From contig JAUHWX010000001.1 of NCBI GenBank assembly GCA_030427285.1, positions 1 through 57,394 on the forward strand: a DNA stretch of 57,394 nucleotides, read 5' to 3'. Shown piece after piece: positions 40,977 through 49,852 of the stretch (its first letter is position 1; every line of letters starts with the position of its first letter). The notes beneath the pieces are model-generated. The model was given only the letters and a program-made list of their open reading frames with translations. It was not told the DNA's origin and made no database searches. Position numbers and translations under genes: made by a program. Source of the DNA: Bacteroidia bacterium. Lineage in GTDB: Bacteria; Bacteroidota; Bacteroidia; Flavobacteriales; Schleiferiaceae.

Positions 40977-41780
40977 TTGGAAAAACCTATTGGAATATTT
41001 GACTCGGGCGTAGGGGGACTTACTGTGGCTGCTGCCATTCGTAAGTTTTTACCCAATGAGTCATTCGTGTATTTTGGTGATACAAAGCACTTGCCTTATG
41101 GTGATAAATCGGATGAGACAATTCGTAATTACTCAGAAGAGATAACCCGGTTTTTGATTAGTCAGAATTGTAAGGCCATTGTAATTGCCTGTAATACGGC
41201 CTCTGCATTAGCATATAATTACCTAGTAGAAAACCACCCTGATATTCCAATAATTAATGTGGTGGACCCTGTGGTGGCTCATGTTGGAAGTAAAATCAAT
41301 AATAAAGTTGGGATTATTGCCACCCGTGCCACCACCAAGTCAGATATCTATCGAAAGAAACTTAGAAGGTTAAACCCAAAACTTCATGTAGCGGCCGCTG
41401 CCACTCCTTTGTTGGTTACCATAGTAGAAGAGGGTTTTGTAAACACAAAAGTTAGTGCAGGGGCAATTGAGGCCTATTTAGGTGTTAAAAAATTCTCAGA
41501 TGTAACCACAGTAATTTTAGGGTGTACGCACTTTCCTCTATTGCAAAAGGAAATAGAAAGCTTTTTTGGGGGCCGTGCAGAAGTGGTGGATTCACCAGAG
41601 TTGGTGGCTCATCATTTAAAACTAGAGTTACAAAAGGGCGGATTACTTTCTCAAGACGGTGAAGCCGAATATCAATTCTATGTTTCTGAAAAGACAGATG
41701 CTTTTGCCCGTACCGCAAAAATGTTTTTTGGCGCAGATATAAAGTTGGAAGAAAAAACGCTGAGAGTAAACGGGTTTTAG
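40977..41780 (+). CDS. murI: Glutamate racemase
   Basis: IFDSGVGG, PYGDKS, IACNTA and LGCTHF motifs; TTG start. Confidence 0.96.
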   Translation: MEKPIGIFDSGVGGLTVAAAIRKFLPNESFVYFGDTKHLPYGDKSDETIRNYSEEITRFLISQNCKAIVIACNTASALAYNYLVENHPDIPIINVVDPVVAHVGSKINNKVGIIATRATTKSDIYRKKLRRLNPKLHVAAAATPLLVTIVEEGFVNTKVSAGAIEAYLGVKKFSDVTTVILGCTHFPLLQKEIESFFGGRAEVVDSPELVAHHLKLELQKGGLLSQDGEAEYQFYVSEKTDAFARTAKMFFGADIKLEEKTLRVNGF

Positions 41781-42535
41781 TTTTCTAAAAACTCAGAGAC
41801 CGTAGCATAAAATTCCTTGGGCTTTTCAGCATGCAGCCAGTGGCCGGCTCCTTCTATGGTTTCCAGTTTTGCATCAGGAAAGTGCCCCAGAATAGCATCC
41901 CACTCTTCATCTTTTATGTACCATGATTTTCCTCCTCGTACAAAAAGAACATCGCCATTGTAAATCGCATTTGGAGGAAGAGCCTCACCTACCTTTTCAA
42001 TTTCGCGAGCGATTACAGGTAAATTAAACCTCCAGGCAAGTTCTCCTTTTTCTTTCCAGTAAAGGCTTTTTAGTAAAAACTGTTTGGTGCCGGTATCGTG
42101 TATTCCAAATTGCTCTTCAGCTTCGCCACGCGAGCTGATGTTGGGCAAGTCGAGACTTGTAAGCGCCTCAAGTATTTGCTGATGATGTGGTTCGTATGAT
42201 TTTGGGCCAATATCAGCAACTACCAGCTTGAGTACCTTGTGCGGGTTTAGCGTGGTAAAATGCATCGCTACTTTTCCACCCATACTATGGCCAATAATGT
42301 TTGCTTTTTCAATATTGTGCTCTTGCATATACTCCAGCAGGTCATCACTCATTGCTTCATAAGAAAACACATCACTATGAGGACTGCGTCCATGGTTGCG
42401 CATGTCCAGTAAATGAACCTCATACTCTTTTGACCATTTTCGGCCTAAAGTCTGCCAATTATCGCCCATGCCAAATACGCCATGCATGATGATGAGAGGA
42501 GTGCCTTCGCCAGATATTTGAGAATATAGTTTCAT
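41777..42535 (-). CDS. Alpha/beta hydrolase (YbfF-like esterase)
   Basis: MHG, DMRNHGRS, GHSMGG and GHWLHAE motifs. Confidence 0.92.
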   Translation of the reverse strand: MKLYSQISGEGTPLIIMHGVFGMGDNWQTLGRKWSKEYEVHLLDMRNHGRSPHSDVFSYEAMSDDLLEYMQEHNIEKANIIGHSMGGKVAMHFTTLNPHKVLKLVVADIGPKSYEPHHQQILEALTSLDLPNISSRGEAEEQFGIHDTGTKQFLLKSLYWKEKGELAWRFNLPVIAREIEKVGEALPPNAIYNGDVLFVRGGKSWYIKDEEWDAILGHFPDAKLETIEGAGHWLHAEKPKEFYATVSEFLEN

Positions 42536-42685
42536 TGTAATTTGAATTTATTGACTTGTGCTCTAAAAGCTTCTTGAAACAAATGTTTTGTGCTGCAAAG
42601 AAAAGAGGTTTTATGAAAGGACGTTTAAAGTTTTCTAAATGAAAGGGGGAGTTGTTTGTTAGGTTTAGTGGTCTTGCTGGTAAAC

Positions 42686-42769
42686 TTGAATTTTGAAAGC
42701 GGAAGTTTCAATTTTCAAGTTTAATTAGTATTAATATAGATTTTTGTAATTGTGATTTACAATTTTCAA
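42686..42769. promoter_or_regulatory. Two tandem palindromic operator-like sites upstream of the AAA ATPase pseudogene
   Basis: TTGAATTTTGAAA-N7-TTTCAATTTTCAA (42686-42718) and TAGATTTTTGTAA-N7-TTACAATTTTCAA (42737-42769). Confidence 0.7.
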
Positions 42770-42773
42770 GTTT

Positions 42774-43938
42774 ATGATAGTAAGTGAAAGGTCAAAAATG
42801 TTTGCACGATATGCCAAGAGCTTTCCTGCTATAACATAATTGGGGCACGCCAGTGTGGTAAAACTACTTTGCCCAAAGAGTATATGAAAAGTGCGGGGTG
42901 CGAATTTGTATATGTGGATGTAGAAAAACCATCCGACCGTGATAAGCTAAAAAATGCCGAACTGTTTTTTGCGGATAATAAGGACAAAACCGTGGTGATT
43001 GATAAGGTTCAGCTTATGCCCGAGCTTTTTTCGGCCATTCGCTCATCTATTGATTAAGATAGGCGGCCTATGCGATTTATAGTTTTGGGCTCCGCAAATC
43101 CTGAGATTATAAAAGGTGTTTCGGAAAGTCTGGCGGGCAGAATCGCCTATTTGGAGCTGAGCCCATTCAATTTGTTGGAATTGGATGGACAGGATATTTC
43201 TATAAAAGACCATCATTTTTATGGAGGTTTTCCCAAGGTGATTTTAGAAAAGATGCGGAAACACGCATTGATTGGTTGGACAATTTTATTTCTACCTACA
43301 TTCAGCGCGACTTGCCCATGTATGGCTTGCCCACAAGCCCGGTACAAACGAGAAGGCTTCTGGAAATGCTGGCTTGGATAAACGGAAATTTGCTCAACTA
43401 CTCTTCCGTGGGAAAGTCTTTGGGCCTAAGCCACGTTACCCTAAAGGGATATATGGCATACTTAAATGGCTCATTTGTAACCATGGAGTTGGAGCCTTTT
43501 CATTTTAATATAAAAAAGAGGCTTACCAAAAGCACCAAAATTTACTGTAAGGACACGGGCTTGCTGCACCGTTTCTTAAAAGTATCAACGTATAACGATT
43601 TGTTGGGTACCCCATTTTTGGGTGCCTCGTGGGAGGCTTATGTAATCAATCAAGTGTTTGCCAGCAAAAGTGAGGAGTTGGACATGTTTTTTTACCGTAC
43701 GTATTCGGGTGCAGAAATGGACTTGGTGCTGGCAAGAGGGATGAAGCCCGTAGCTTCCATCGAAATAAAATTTTCGGAAAAGCCGTAGCTAAGCCGTGGC
43801 AATACTACCAGTATCCAGGATTTGGGCACTACCCAAAACTTTATAATAGTGCCCGGTGAGCAGGATTATCGTCAAACGGAAACCTTGCGGGTGTGCGGGA
43901 TACAACAGTTTTTAGAAAGCTATTTACCCAATTTGTAA
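42774..43938 (+). pseudogene. Disrupted COG1373-type ATPase (AAA_14 + DUF4143 PD-(D/E)xK-like domain)
   Basis: Fragments reassemble to GARQCGKTT, VIDKVQ, GS..SESLAGR, GGFP, YIQRD, K.Y..DTGL, G..WE, EMDLV and IEIK. Lesions: frameshifts near 42836 and 43250, and stops TAA 43055-43057 and TAG 43786-43788. Confidence 0.9.
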
Positions 43939-43945
43939 AAGCCAT

Positions 43946-44260
43946 TTACACAGATTTCACTGATGAAATCAATGATTGAGATTGCTCCCAATCCATATAA
44001 ACTATGGGCATAGCATATACTTCAGGCATAGCATCGGTGTACAATTTCCTCAATTCTTCATCAATTACAGGAAAAAGAAGTGCTTTAGTTTTACATGTTA
44101 AAAGCGTGACTTTTGTAGAAATAAGTTTCTTTTGCTGAAGTTGGAGTCGTTCAATATTTCGTTTAATATTTAGGTCAATAGCTAGTTTTTTGCGTAAAAG
44201 GAGGTACGCAATTTCTTCGGCTTTGATTTCACTTTTCGATAGAATCCTTAAAAAAATCAT
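43946..44260 (-). CDS. CutA/PII-like small protein
   Basis: Aligns by eye to the CutA pattern A..IA..LL..KLA...KT...PE...PI..D; lies 4 nt after the TolC stop. Confidence 0.7.
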   Translation of the reverse strand: MIFLRILSKSEIKAEEIAYLLLRKKLAIDLNIKRNIERLQLQQKKLISTKVTLLTCKTKALLFPVIDEELRKLYTDAMPEVYAMPIVYMDWEQSQSLISSVKSV

Positions 44261-44264
44261 AGGC

Positions 44265-45674
44265 TTAATTATTTAAAATACCCAAGGCATAGCGCGATTC
44301 GAGGCTGGCCTTTTGGTTTTTGGTTAATAATTCTACTAGCTTCAGCTGGGCATTGATGTAGCCAAGTTCTCGTGAATTGACCATAAAAAGCGAACTCTCA
44401 CCAGCCGAAAACATCTGCCGTTCGCCATTGAGAAGGCCCCTATAATCACGAACAGTTTTGGTATAGAGCTGTACCTGCCCTGCGGTATTATCCCATTCAT
44501 TGAGTGCGGCCACAGCTTTGTAGTTTAGTGCCGCAGATTTATTGCTGTATTCCAGCTCTGTTTCTCTAATCTTCAGATTGGCCATGTTTAGGCTTCCTCT
44601 TTCTTTGCGCAGAAACAGAGGCATATTAAATGAAAGTCCCCACTTGTAATTATTAATGGAGTATTCAGCCAAGGGATTGCCGGGTGTAGCCTCGGTAATG
44701 GCATTGTAATTTAGATTGAGGGTTGGTTTTAGCTGTTCCTTTTTCCATCTTCTTTCTATTTCCATTTGATCCAGCTTAAATGCATATTGCCGCAAATTGG
44801 GGTGATTGTTTATCAAGCTGTCAAGCTCACCCAATAATTGAGGGCTTACAGCCGTGTAACTTATTTGCTGTGAAGAAGGAGGCAGAGTGCCAGGGGCTAC
44901 CTCAAGTGGAATGATGCCATCTTCCCAAAGAAACACAGAAAGCATAGCCGAGGCATTATTAAAAGAGAGCTGAGCTTCCTGTAGGTTTAGCTGCCGGTTT
45001 TGCCATTGAATACCAGCTTCTAAAGTATCTATAGCGGGGCGGTCGCCCAAAAATGAACCTTGCCTCACGGCTTCAAAGCGCTGATTGGCCAAAGCTACAG
45101 CTTCTTCATATATCCGTACTTTATTATAGGCTTCAAACCACGCCCAGTAAGCTTTTCCTGCTTCGTATAAAACTTCGTTTAGTAAAGCTACCCGCTCTAC
45201 TTCTGTACTTTGTTGATAAACTTGAGCCTGTCTAAGTTCTGCCCTGCGTTGATCTATAAATAAACCTTGCCCCAAAGGAAGCGATAGTCCCGCATACCAT
45301 AATCCTGCTGCAGGTACGTTGTTTTCTGGATTTAAATAGAGTCCCTCATTTTGTTCGTAACCACCTTTTACTTCCAAGCCAAACCATGTGGGAATTTTCA
45401 GCCCACCATCAATAAGACTATAATATTTGTTGTCACTATAGTACTTCTGGTTTACCTCTGTAAATGCTTTGGGGTCAAAGCCTCCGCGGGCCTGCATTAC
45501 GCTTGCATTCCCTTTTTCAAGTTGTAAGTTGGCTTGCACGGCCACTGGATGATGCTCTTTTACCCTATTGAGGAATGAGTTGAAATCCAGTAATGTAGTA
45601 TCCTCACCCTGCCCGTGTGTGGCAAAGGCAGTGAACAAATAAATTACGGCTATATGAAAGAAGTAGCGCATCAT
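44265..45674 (-). CDS. TolC family outer membrane efflux protein
   Basis: Signal peptide; HHP..GGFDP, LSLPLGQG, PTLNL..MPLF and GESSLF motifs. Confidence 0.9.
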   Translation of the reverse strand: MMRYFFHIAVIYLFTAFATHGQGEDTTLLDFNSFLNRVKEHHPVAVQANLQLEKGNASVMQARGGFDPKAFTEVNQKYYSDNKYYSLIDGGLKIPTWFGLEVKGGYEQNEGLYLNPENNVPAAGLWYAGLSLPLGQGLFIDQRRAELRQAQVYQQSTEVERVALLNEVLYEAGKAYWAWFEAYNKVRIYEEAVALANQRFEAVRQGSFLGDRPAIDTLEAGIQWQNRQLNLQEAQLSFNNASAMLSVFLWEDGIIPLEVAPGTLPPSSQQISYTAVSPQLLGELDSLINNHPNLRQYAFKLDQMEIERRWKKEQLKPTLNLNYNAITEATPGNPLAEYSINNYKWGLSFNMPLFLRKERGSLNMANLKIRETELEYSNKSAALNYKAVAALNEWDNTAGQVQLYTKTVRDYRGLLNGERQMFSAGESSLFMVNSRELGYINAQLKLVELLTKNQKASLESRYALGILNN

Positions 45675-47020
45675 TTTTTATCTGACTTTGTAGCTGTTTC
45701 AGTTTTATAATATTCTGGTGGGAAGCCATTAATTTTTCGCCATAGTTCATACCAGATGGGTACATCTTTTAACAACAACATATTACGAGAACCACCACCT
45801 ACCCGCAGGGCATCGGGCCAAGGTTCGGTATTACTATCGGGTTGAACCAAAAGGCGGAACTTGCCATTAGGGCTGATAAAATTGTCAATGGCAAACACCC
45901 GGCCACCGTAGGTTCCGTAGCTGGTATTTGGCCATCCTGAAAACACTATGGCTGGCCATCCGTCAAACTGAATACGTACCGGCTGACCTTTCTCAATAAG
46001 AGGAAGGTCTATTGGGTTGATGTACATTTCTACAGCAAGATCATACTGGGCAGGCATTATGCTTATTATTTCTGTACCGGGCTTTACAGTTTCACCAATA
46101 CCTGATTGGAGGGCCTTTGTTATGTATCCATTTTGTGGTGCGGTTACGTGATAGAGGCCTGTACGTACGGAATAATTCATAAACTGGTTCTGGAGTTTGG
46201 TTACCGAAATTTCTGCATCATACATACTGCTCATGGCGGTATATTTATCCGATTCAGCTTTGGCTACCGAGTTTCGATATTGATTTTGTACCGAAACAAT
46301 TTCTACCTGAGCATTTATCAACTCATTTCTTGAGGTGAGCAATTTGTTTTCGGCACTTATCATTTCGGCTTGTACTTTTTGTACCGTAAGCTTTCGTTTT
46401 TCCAGGTCGGTAAGCGATTTTAAGCCATCCTCATATAGGGATTCCATACGTTTCAGCTGTTCTATAGCGATTTCGTAGTTTATTTTGGCAGCTTGGTAGT
46501 CCATGCTGTCGCTAATAACTTTTAGCCTAGCCTGCTTTAATTTGTTTTCTGCCTGTTGCAGCTTAAGTGAGCTCGTTTTTATAAGAGCATCAATCTGGCT
46601 ATCCAGTGCTTTTACTTTTTCTATATAGGCGTCTACTGCCATTTCTTTTGACTTTAACTGTTGCTCGGTACGCGATAGCAACTGTGGGTCAAAGTATTCA
46701 TCTTTAGTTTCAGATATGAATAAAATGGTGTCACCCTTACTTACAAAATCACCTTCCTGTACAAACCATTTTTCAATTCGTCCGCCTATCACGGAGTGTA
46801 TGGTTTGAGGTTTTTGATCTGGCTTTAGGGTTGTTACTTTTCCGGGGGCATTTATATTTTGCGTCCATGGTAAAAATAGGATCAGTAAAAACAAGACGAA
46901 GAAAATGGTGAGTAGGCGTATGAGCACATTCCCTGCTTTTTTACTTTCTATTAGTAGGAGTGTTTTCAGATTTTTGTCATGCACACTCTTGGTAACGCTA
47001 TGTGGAGATATATTAAGCAT
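45671..47020 (-). CDS. HlyD family membrane fusion protein
   Basis: TM followed by LPWTQ, lipoyl half-motifs GRIEKWFVQEGD and APQNG, and a long coiled coil. Confidence 0.92.
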   Translation of the reverse strand: MLNISPHSVTKSVHDKNLKTLLLIESKKAGNVLIRLLTIFFVLFLLILFLPWTQNINAPGKVTTLKPDQKPQTIHSVIGGRIEKWFVQEGDFVSKGDTILFISETKDEYFDPQLLSRTEQQLKSKEMAVDAYIEKVKALDSQIDALIKTSSLKLQQAENKLKQARLKVISDSMDYQAAKINYEIAIEQLKRMESLYEDGLKSLTDLEKRKLTVQKVQAEMISAENKLLTSRNELINAQVEIVSVQNQYRNSVAKAESDKYTAMSSMYDAEISVTKLQNQFMNYSVRTGLYHVTAPQNGYITKALQSGIGETVKPGTEIISIMPAQYDLAVEMYINPIDLPLIEKGQPVRIQFDGWPAIVFSGWPNTSYGTYGGRVFAIDNFISPNGKFRLLVQPDSNTEPWPDALRVGGGSRNMLLLKDVPIWYELWRKINGFPPEYYKTETATKSDKK

Positions 47021-48743
47021 TACTTATATTTTTTGTTGTAAACATTTTTTTCATTTCCGAATAGGTTCCAAGCTTAGCGATGCTACCTTGATGAAGCACT
47101 GCCACTCTATCACATTTACTGGCAAGTTCAGCTTCAGATGTAGCGGCAATCAATGTCCAGCCATTTTGTTTATCCGTAATAAAATTGATGGTGGATTCGC
47201 GCTCGGTAAAGCTTAAATGTTGCAAGGGTTCTTTTAACAAAAGCAATTTGGGCTTACCCGCTACACTGCGGGCCAATAGTAGTTTTTGCACCACACTCTT
47301 GGGTAGTTTTTTACCACCTGGAGATAAGGGTGTATCATACCCTAAGGGCAGGGCCTGTACAAAGTCATATAGGCCAAGATGCCTAGTAGCCCACTGTACA
47401 TTTTCAAACTCCACCCCAGGCCTTCCCATACTTATGTTTTCCAGCAGGGTACCTTCAAATATGTCATCATCGTCAAGCAGGTGTCCAATGGTAGAGCGCA
47501 GGTTCTCCATATTTAGGTTGCCTTTAGGTAGGCCGTTATACGAAATGGAGCCTTGGTTTATATCATATAGTCCTCCAATAATTTGTAGCAGGGTGGCTTT
47601 GCCCGATTCATTTGAACCCGTCATTGCCAATAACTCTCCCGGTTTTAGTGTAAGCGAAATATTGTTTAACGCTGGATTAGGATTGTCGGGGTAGGTAAAG
47701 GATAGCCCGTTAAGTTCTACTTCAAGCCCTGTGTTATTTTCATCTTTATTAATTTTAAAACCATCATTATTTTCCAGCTCTAAATCAGTTACCTGGCCTA
47801 CTTTTTCCAGTGAGGTGAGAACGTCATAAATGGTTTCCATGGCCAAAACCAATTTTTCTACAGCGGCCATTACCAACAGTATGATGATTTCTGCTGCTAC
47901 AAATTGCCCTATATTCATTTGTTGCTCCATTACCAGCATACTGCCAATTACCAGCAGGCCCGTTGCCACTAGTACTTTAAATATCACCATAAATGAATAC
48001 TGCTTTAGCAATACTTTAAAGTGACTTTCGCGTGCGGATAGGTATTTGCCGGTTTTTGAGTCTGTGTGATTTAGTGGAAGCTCAGTGTTTCCAGCCATTT
48101 TAAACGTAGTATTGGTACGCGCAAGTTCCTCCAGCCAGTGGGCTACTTCATATTTATACTTAGATTCTGTTAGGCTGGTTTTGATGCCTGTATTTACCGA
48201 AAAGTAAAAGATGGCATACGCTAGAGCGATCAATGCAATACTGAAAGCGATAAAGAAGGGATGATAAAAGGAAAGTAGTATCAGCCCAAAAACCGCTTGT
48301 AATAAGGCAGTAGAAAAATCAATGAGTATTTTGGATAGTCCTTTTTGAATGGATACGGTGTCAAAAAAGCGGTTCATCAATTCGGGTGCATAGTGGCGGT
48401 ACAATGCTTCCATTTTGATTCGTGGCAGGCGGTAGGTAAACTCAAATGCGGCACGGGTAAATATCTTCTGTTGCAGGTTTTCGGTAATTCTTAGCTGAAA
48501 TATTTGCAACACCCCTGTAGCCGCAACACCAGCGATTACGAAAAATACCAATATCACAAAACTGGTACTCATTTGTCCACCTTGTATAAGGTTGATTATC
48601 GCCTGAATACCTAATGGTAATGACAGGTTGATGAGACCGTTAAAAACGGCAAACACGTAAATGTTGCCAATCTCTTTTTGATCTGGCTTTAGCAGTCGCC
48701 AAAAACGCTGCGCAGGGGTGAAAGCTCTTGAATTTGCCTCCAT
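47013..48743 (-). CDS. T1SS-type ABC exporter (TMD + NBD) with degenerate ATPase motifs
   Basis: ABC_membrane TMD and NBD fold. Walker A reads GSNESGKAT, signature LPKSV, Walker B LLLLKE. Confidence 0.88.
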   Translation of the reverse strand: MEANSRAFTPAQRFWRLLKPDQKEIGNIYVFAVFNGLINLSLPLGIQAIINLIQGGQMSTSFVILVFFVIAGVAATGVLQIFQLRITENLQQKIFTRAAFEFTYRLPRIKMEALYRHYAPELMNRFFDTVSIQKGLSKILIDFSTALLQAVFGLILLSFYHPFFIAFSIALIALAYAIFYFSVNTGIKTSLTESKYKYEVAHWLEELARTNTTFKMAGNTELPLNHTDSKTGKYLSARESHFKVLLKQYSFMVIFKVLVATGLLVIGSMLVMEQQMNIGQFVAAEIIILLVMAAVEKLVLAMETIYDVLTSLEKVGQVTDLELENNDGFKINKDENNTGLEVELNGLSFTYPDNPNPALNNISLTLKPGELLAMTGSNESGKATLLQIIGGLYDINQGSISYNGLPKGNLNMENLRSTIGHLLDDDDIFEGTLLENISMGRPGVEFENVQWATRHLGLYDFVQALPLGYDTPLSPGGKKLPKSVVQKLLLARSVAGKPKLLLLKEPLQHLSFTERESTINFITDKQNGWTLIAATSEAELASKCDRVAVLHQGSIAKLGTYSEMKKMFTTKNISNA

Positions 48744-48846
48744 AATATTCTTCTTTGTTTTTTGTAATGATGCATGTGTGCTTCCCGCAAAGGGAGCTTA
48801 GCCTATGTATGGGCTTCAAACCGGATAACCGGGTTTCAATAAAACA

Positions 48847-49158
48847 CTAAGCGCATTCAGGAGGCGGGGTATGCACAGGAAATGCCTGCGGAGAAATGGT
48901 AATGTCATCTTTAAGACGACAATAGCACTGAGAATCCTGTAAAGAAGAAAGCAAGTGCTGGTGAATGGTGCAGAAGTCAACACTCAGATTAGGCTCTTTC
49001 TTGTTGATTTCGTTTATCTCATTGATTTCTGAAAGGGCAAAAGACGGGATATCCTGAATGGGTCTGTTGGCCATTACTGTGAGGAATAGCAGCGCGCAAA
49101 GCATGATACCCAGCTTTAGCAGAGAAAGACAATCGGTATGTGTGCCCTTCTTTTTCAT
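48847..49158 (-). CDS. Small Cys/His-rich peptide with a TM/signal segment and C-terminal HTPPP (candidate leader/arrest peptide)
   Basis: ATGA overlap with the TetR stop; hydrophobic LLKLGIMLCALLFLTVMA; CTIHQH and CYC; ends FPVHTPPPECA. Confidence 0.65.
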   Translation of the reverse strand: MKKKGTHTDCLSLLKLGIMLCALLFLTVMANRPIQDIPSFALSEINEINEINKKEPNLSVDFCTIHQHLLSSLQDSQCYCRLKDDITISPQAFPVHTPPPECA

Positions 49159-49826
49159 TTTAAATTCAATGCTTTTTTTACCAATTCAATATAGAAAGCC
49201 GTGATGAGGTCCTCATTTTGATCTACATCAGTGAGACGCGGAAGGTGCTTTGCAAAATGCCGCTGAAGGTGAGAGCCCTCAATCACGGTAGATACCAACA
49301 TATGTGGGTACCGATAGTTCTTATTAATTTCAAGAATTATATCGCTCACTTTACCTACCAATCGTTTATAATCCGAAAAAACCCCAAATTGATTTTCATT
49401 GTCCACCTCTTTATTGAGGTACGCTTTTGATGATTCAGCAATTACAATTCGTTGCAGGCGCTTTTCACTTACGTGCAAAAAGATTGAATCATCCTCTGTA
49501 ATTTCGGTTAGCAGTTTTATCGAGCGTATAAGACGGTCTGCAGGAGATTCAATGTTGGTGAGGCGAATAAGTAGCTTGTACTCCATCCAGCCCCAATACC
49601 ATCCTGTAAGGTAGAGTAGTAATTTGCTCTTACTTTCAAAGTAGCGGTATATCGAAGCTTCAGATGATCCGATTTGCTTTCCAAGCTTCCTAAAGTTGAA
49701 GTGCTCATATCCCAATTCATCTATCATTTCTATGCTTGTGGCCACAATTTTTTGCCCTAACTCGCTGGAGTTTGGATCTTTTATGTGGGTATTGGCATTT
49801 ACCTGAATGTTGATATTTGGTAGCAC
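49155..49826 (-). CDS. TetR/AcrR family transcriptional regulator
   Basis: GYEHFNFRKLG..IG.SEASIYRYF.SK helix-turn-helix; GTG start. Confidence 0.92.
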   Translation of the reverse strand: MLPNINIQVNANTHIKDPNSSELGQKIVATSIEMIDELGYEHFNFRKLGKQIGSSEASIYRYFESKSKLLLYLTGWYWGWMEYKLLIRLTNIESPADRLIRSIKLLTEITEDDSIFLHVSEKRLQRIVIAESSKAYLNKEVDNENQFGVFSDYKRLVGKVSDIILEINKNYRYPHMLVSTVIEGSHLQRHFAKHLPRLTDVDQNEDLITAFYIELVKKALNLK

Positions 49827-49852
49827 TTATATCTTTTTGTTAATAATGTGTG

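Noticed and set aside
42774-43938. Programmed frameshifting or stop readthrough to make a full ATPase, or three separate small genes
   Set aside because: Four independent lesions plus a Walker B substitution and no convincing recoding signal point to decay; the fragments are collinear pieces of one protein.
48847-49158. The small peptide as a bacteriocin/RiPP substrate of the exporter
   Set aside because: There is no double-glycine leader, no modification enzyme and no C39 peptidase domain on the ABC. Disfavoured rather than excluded.
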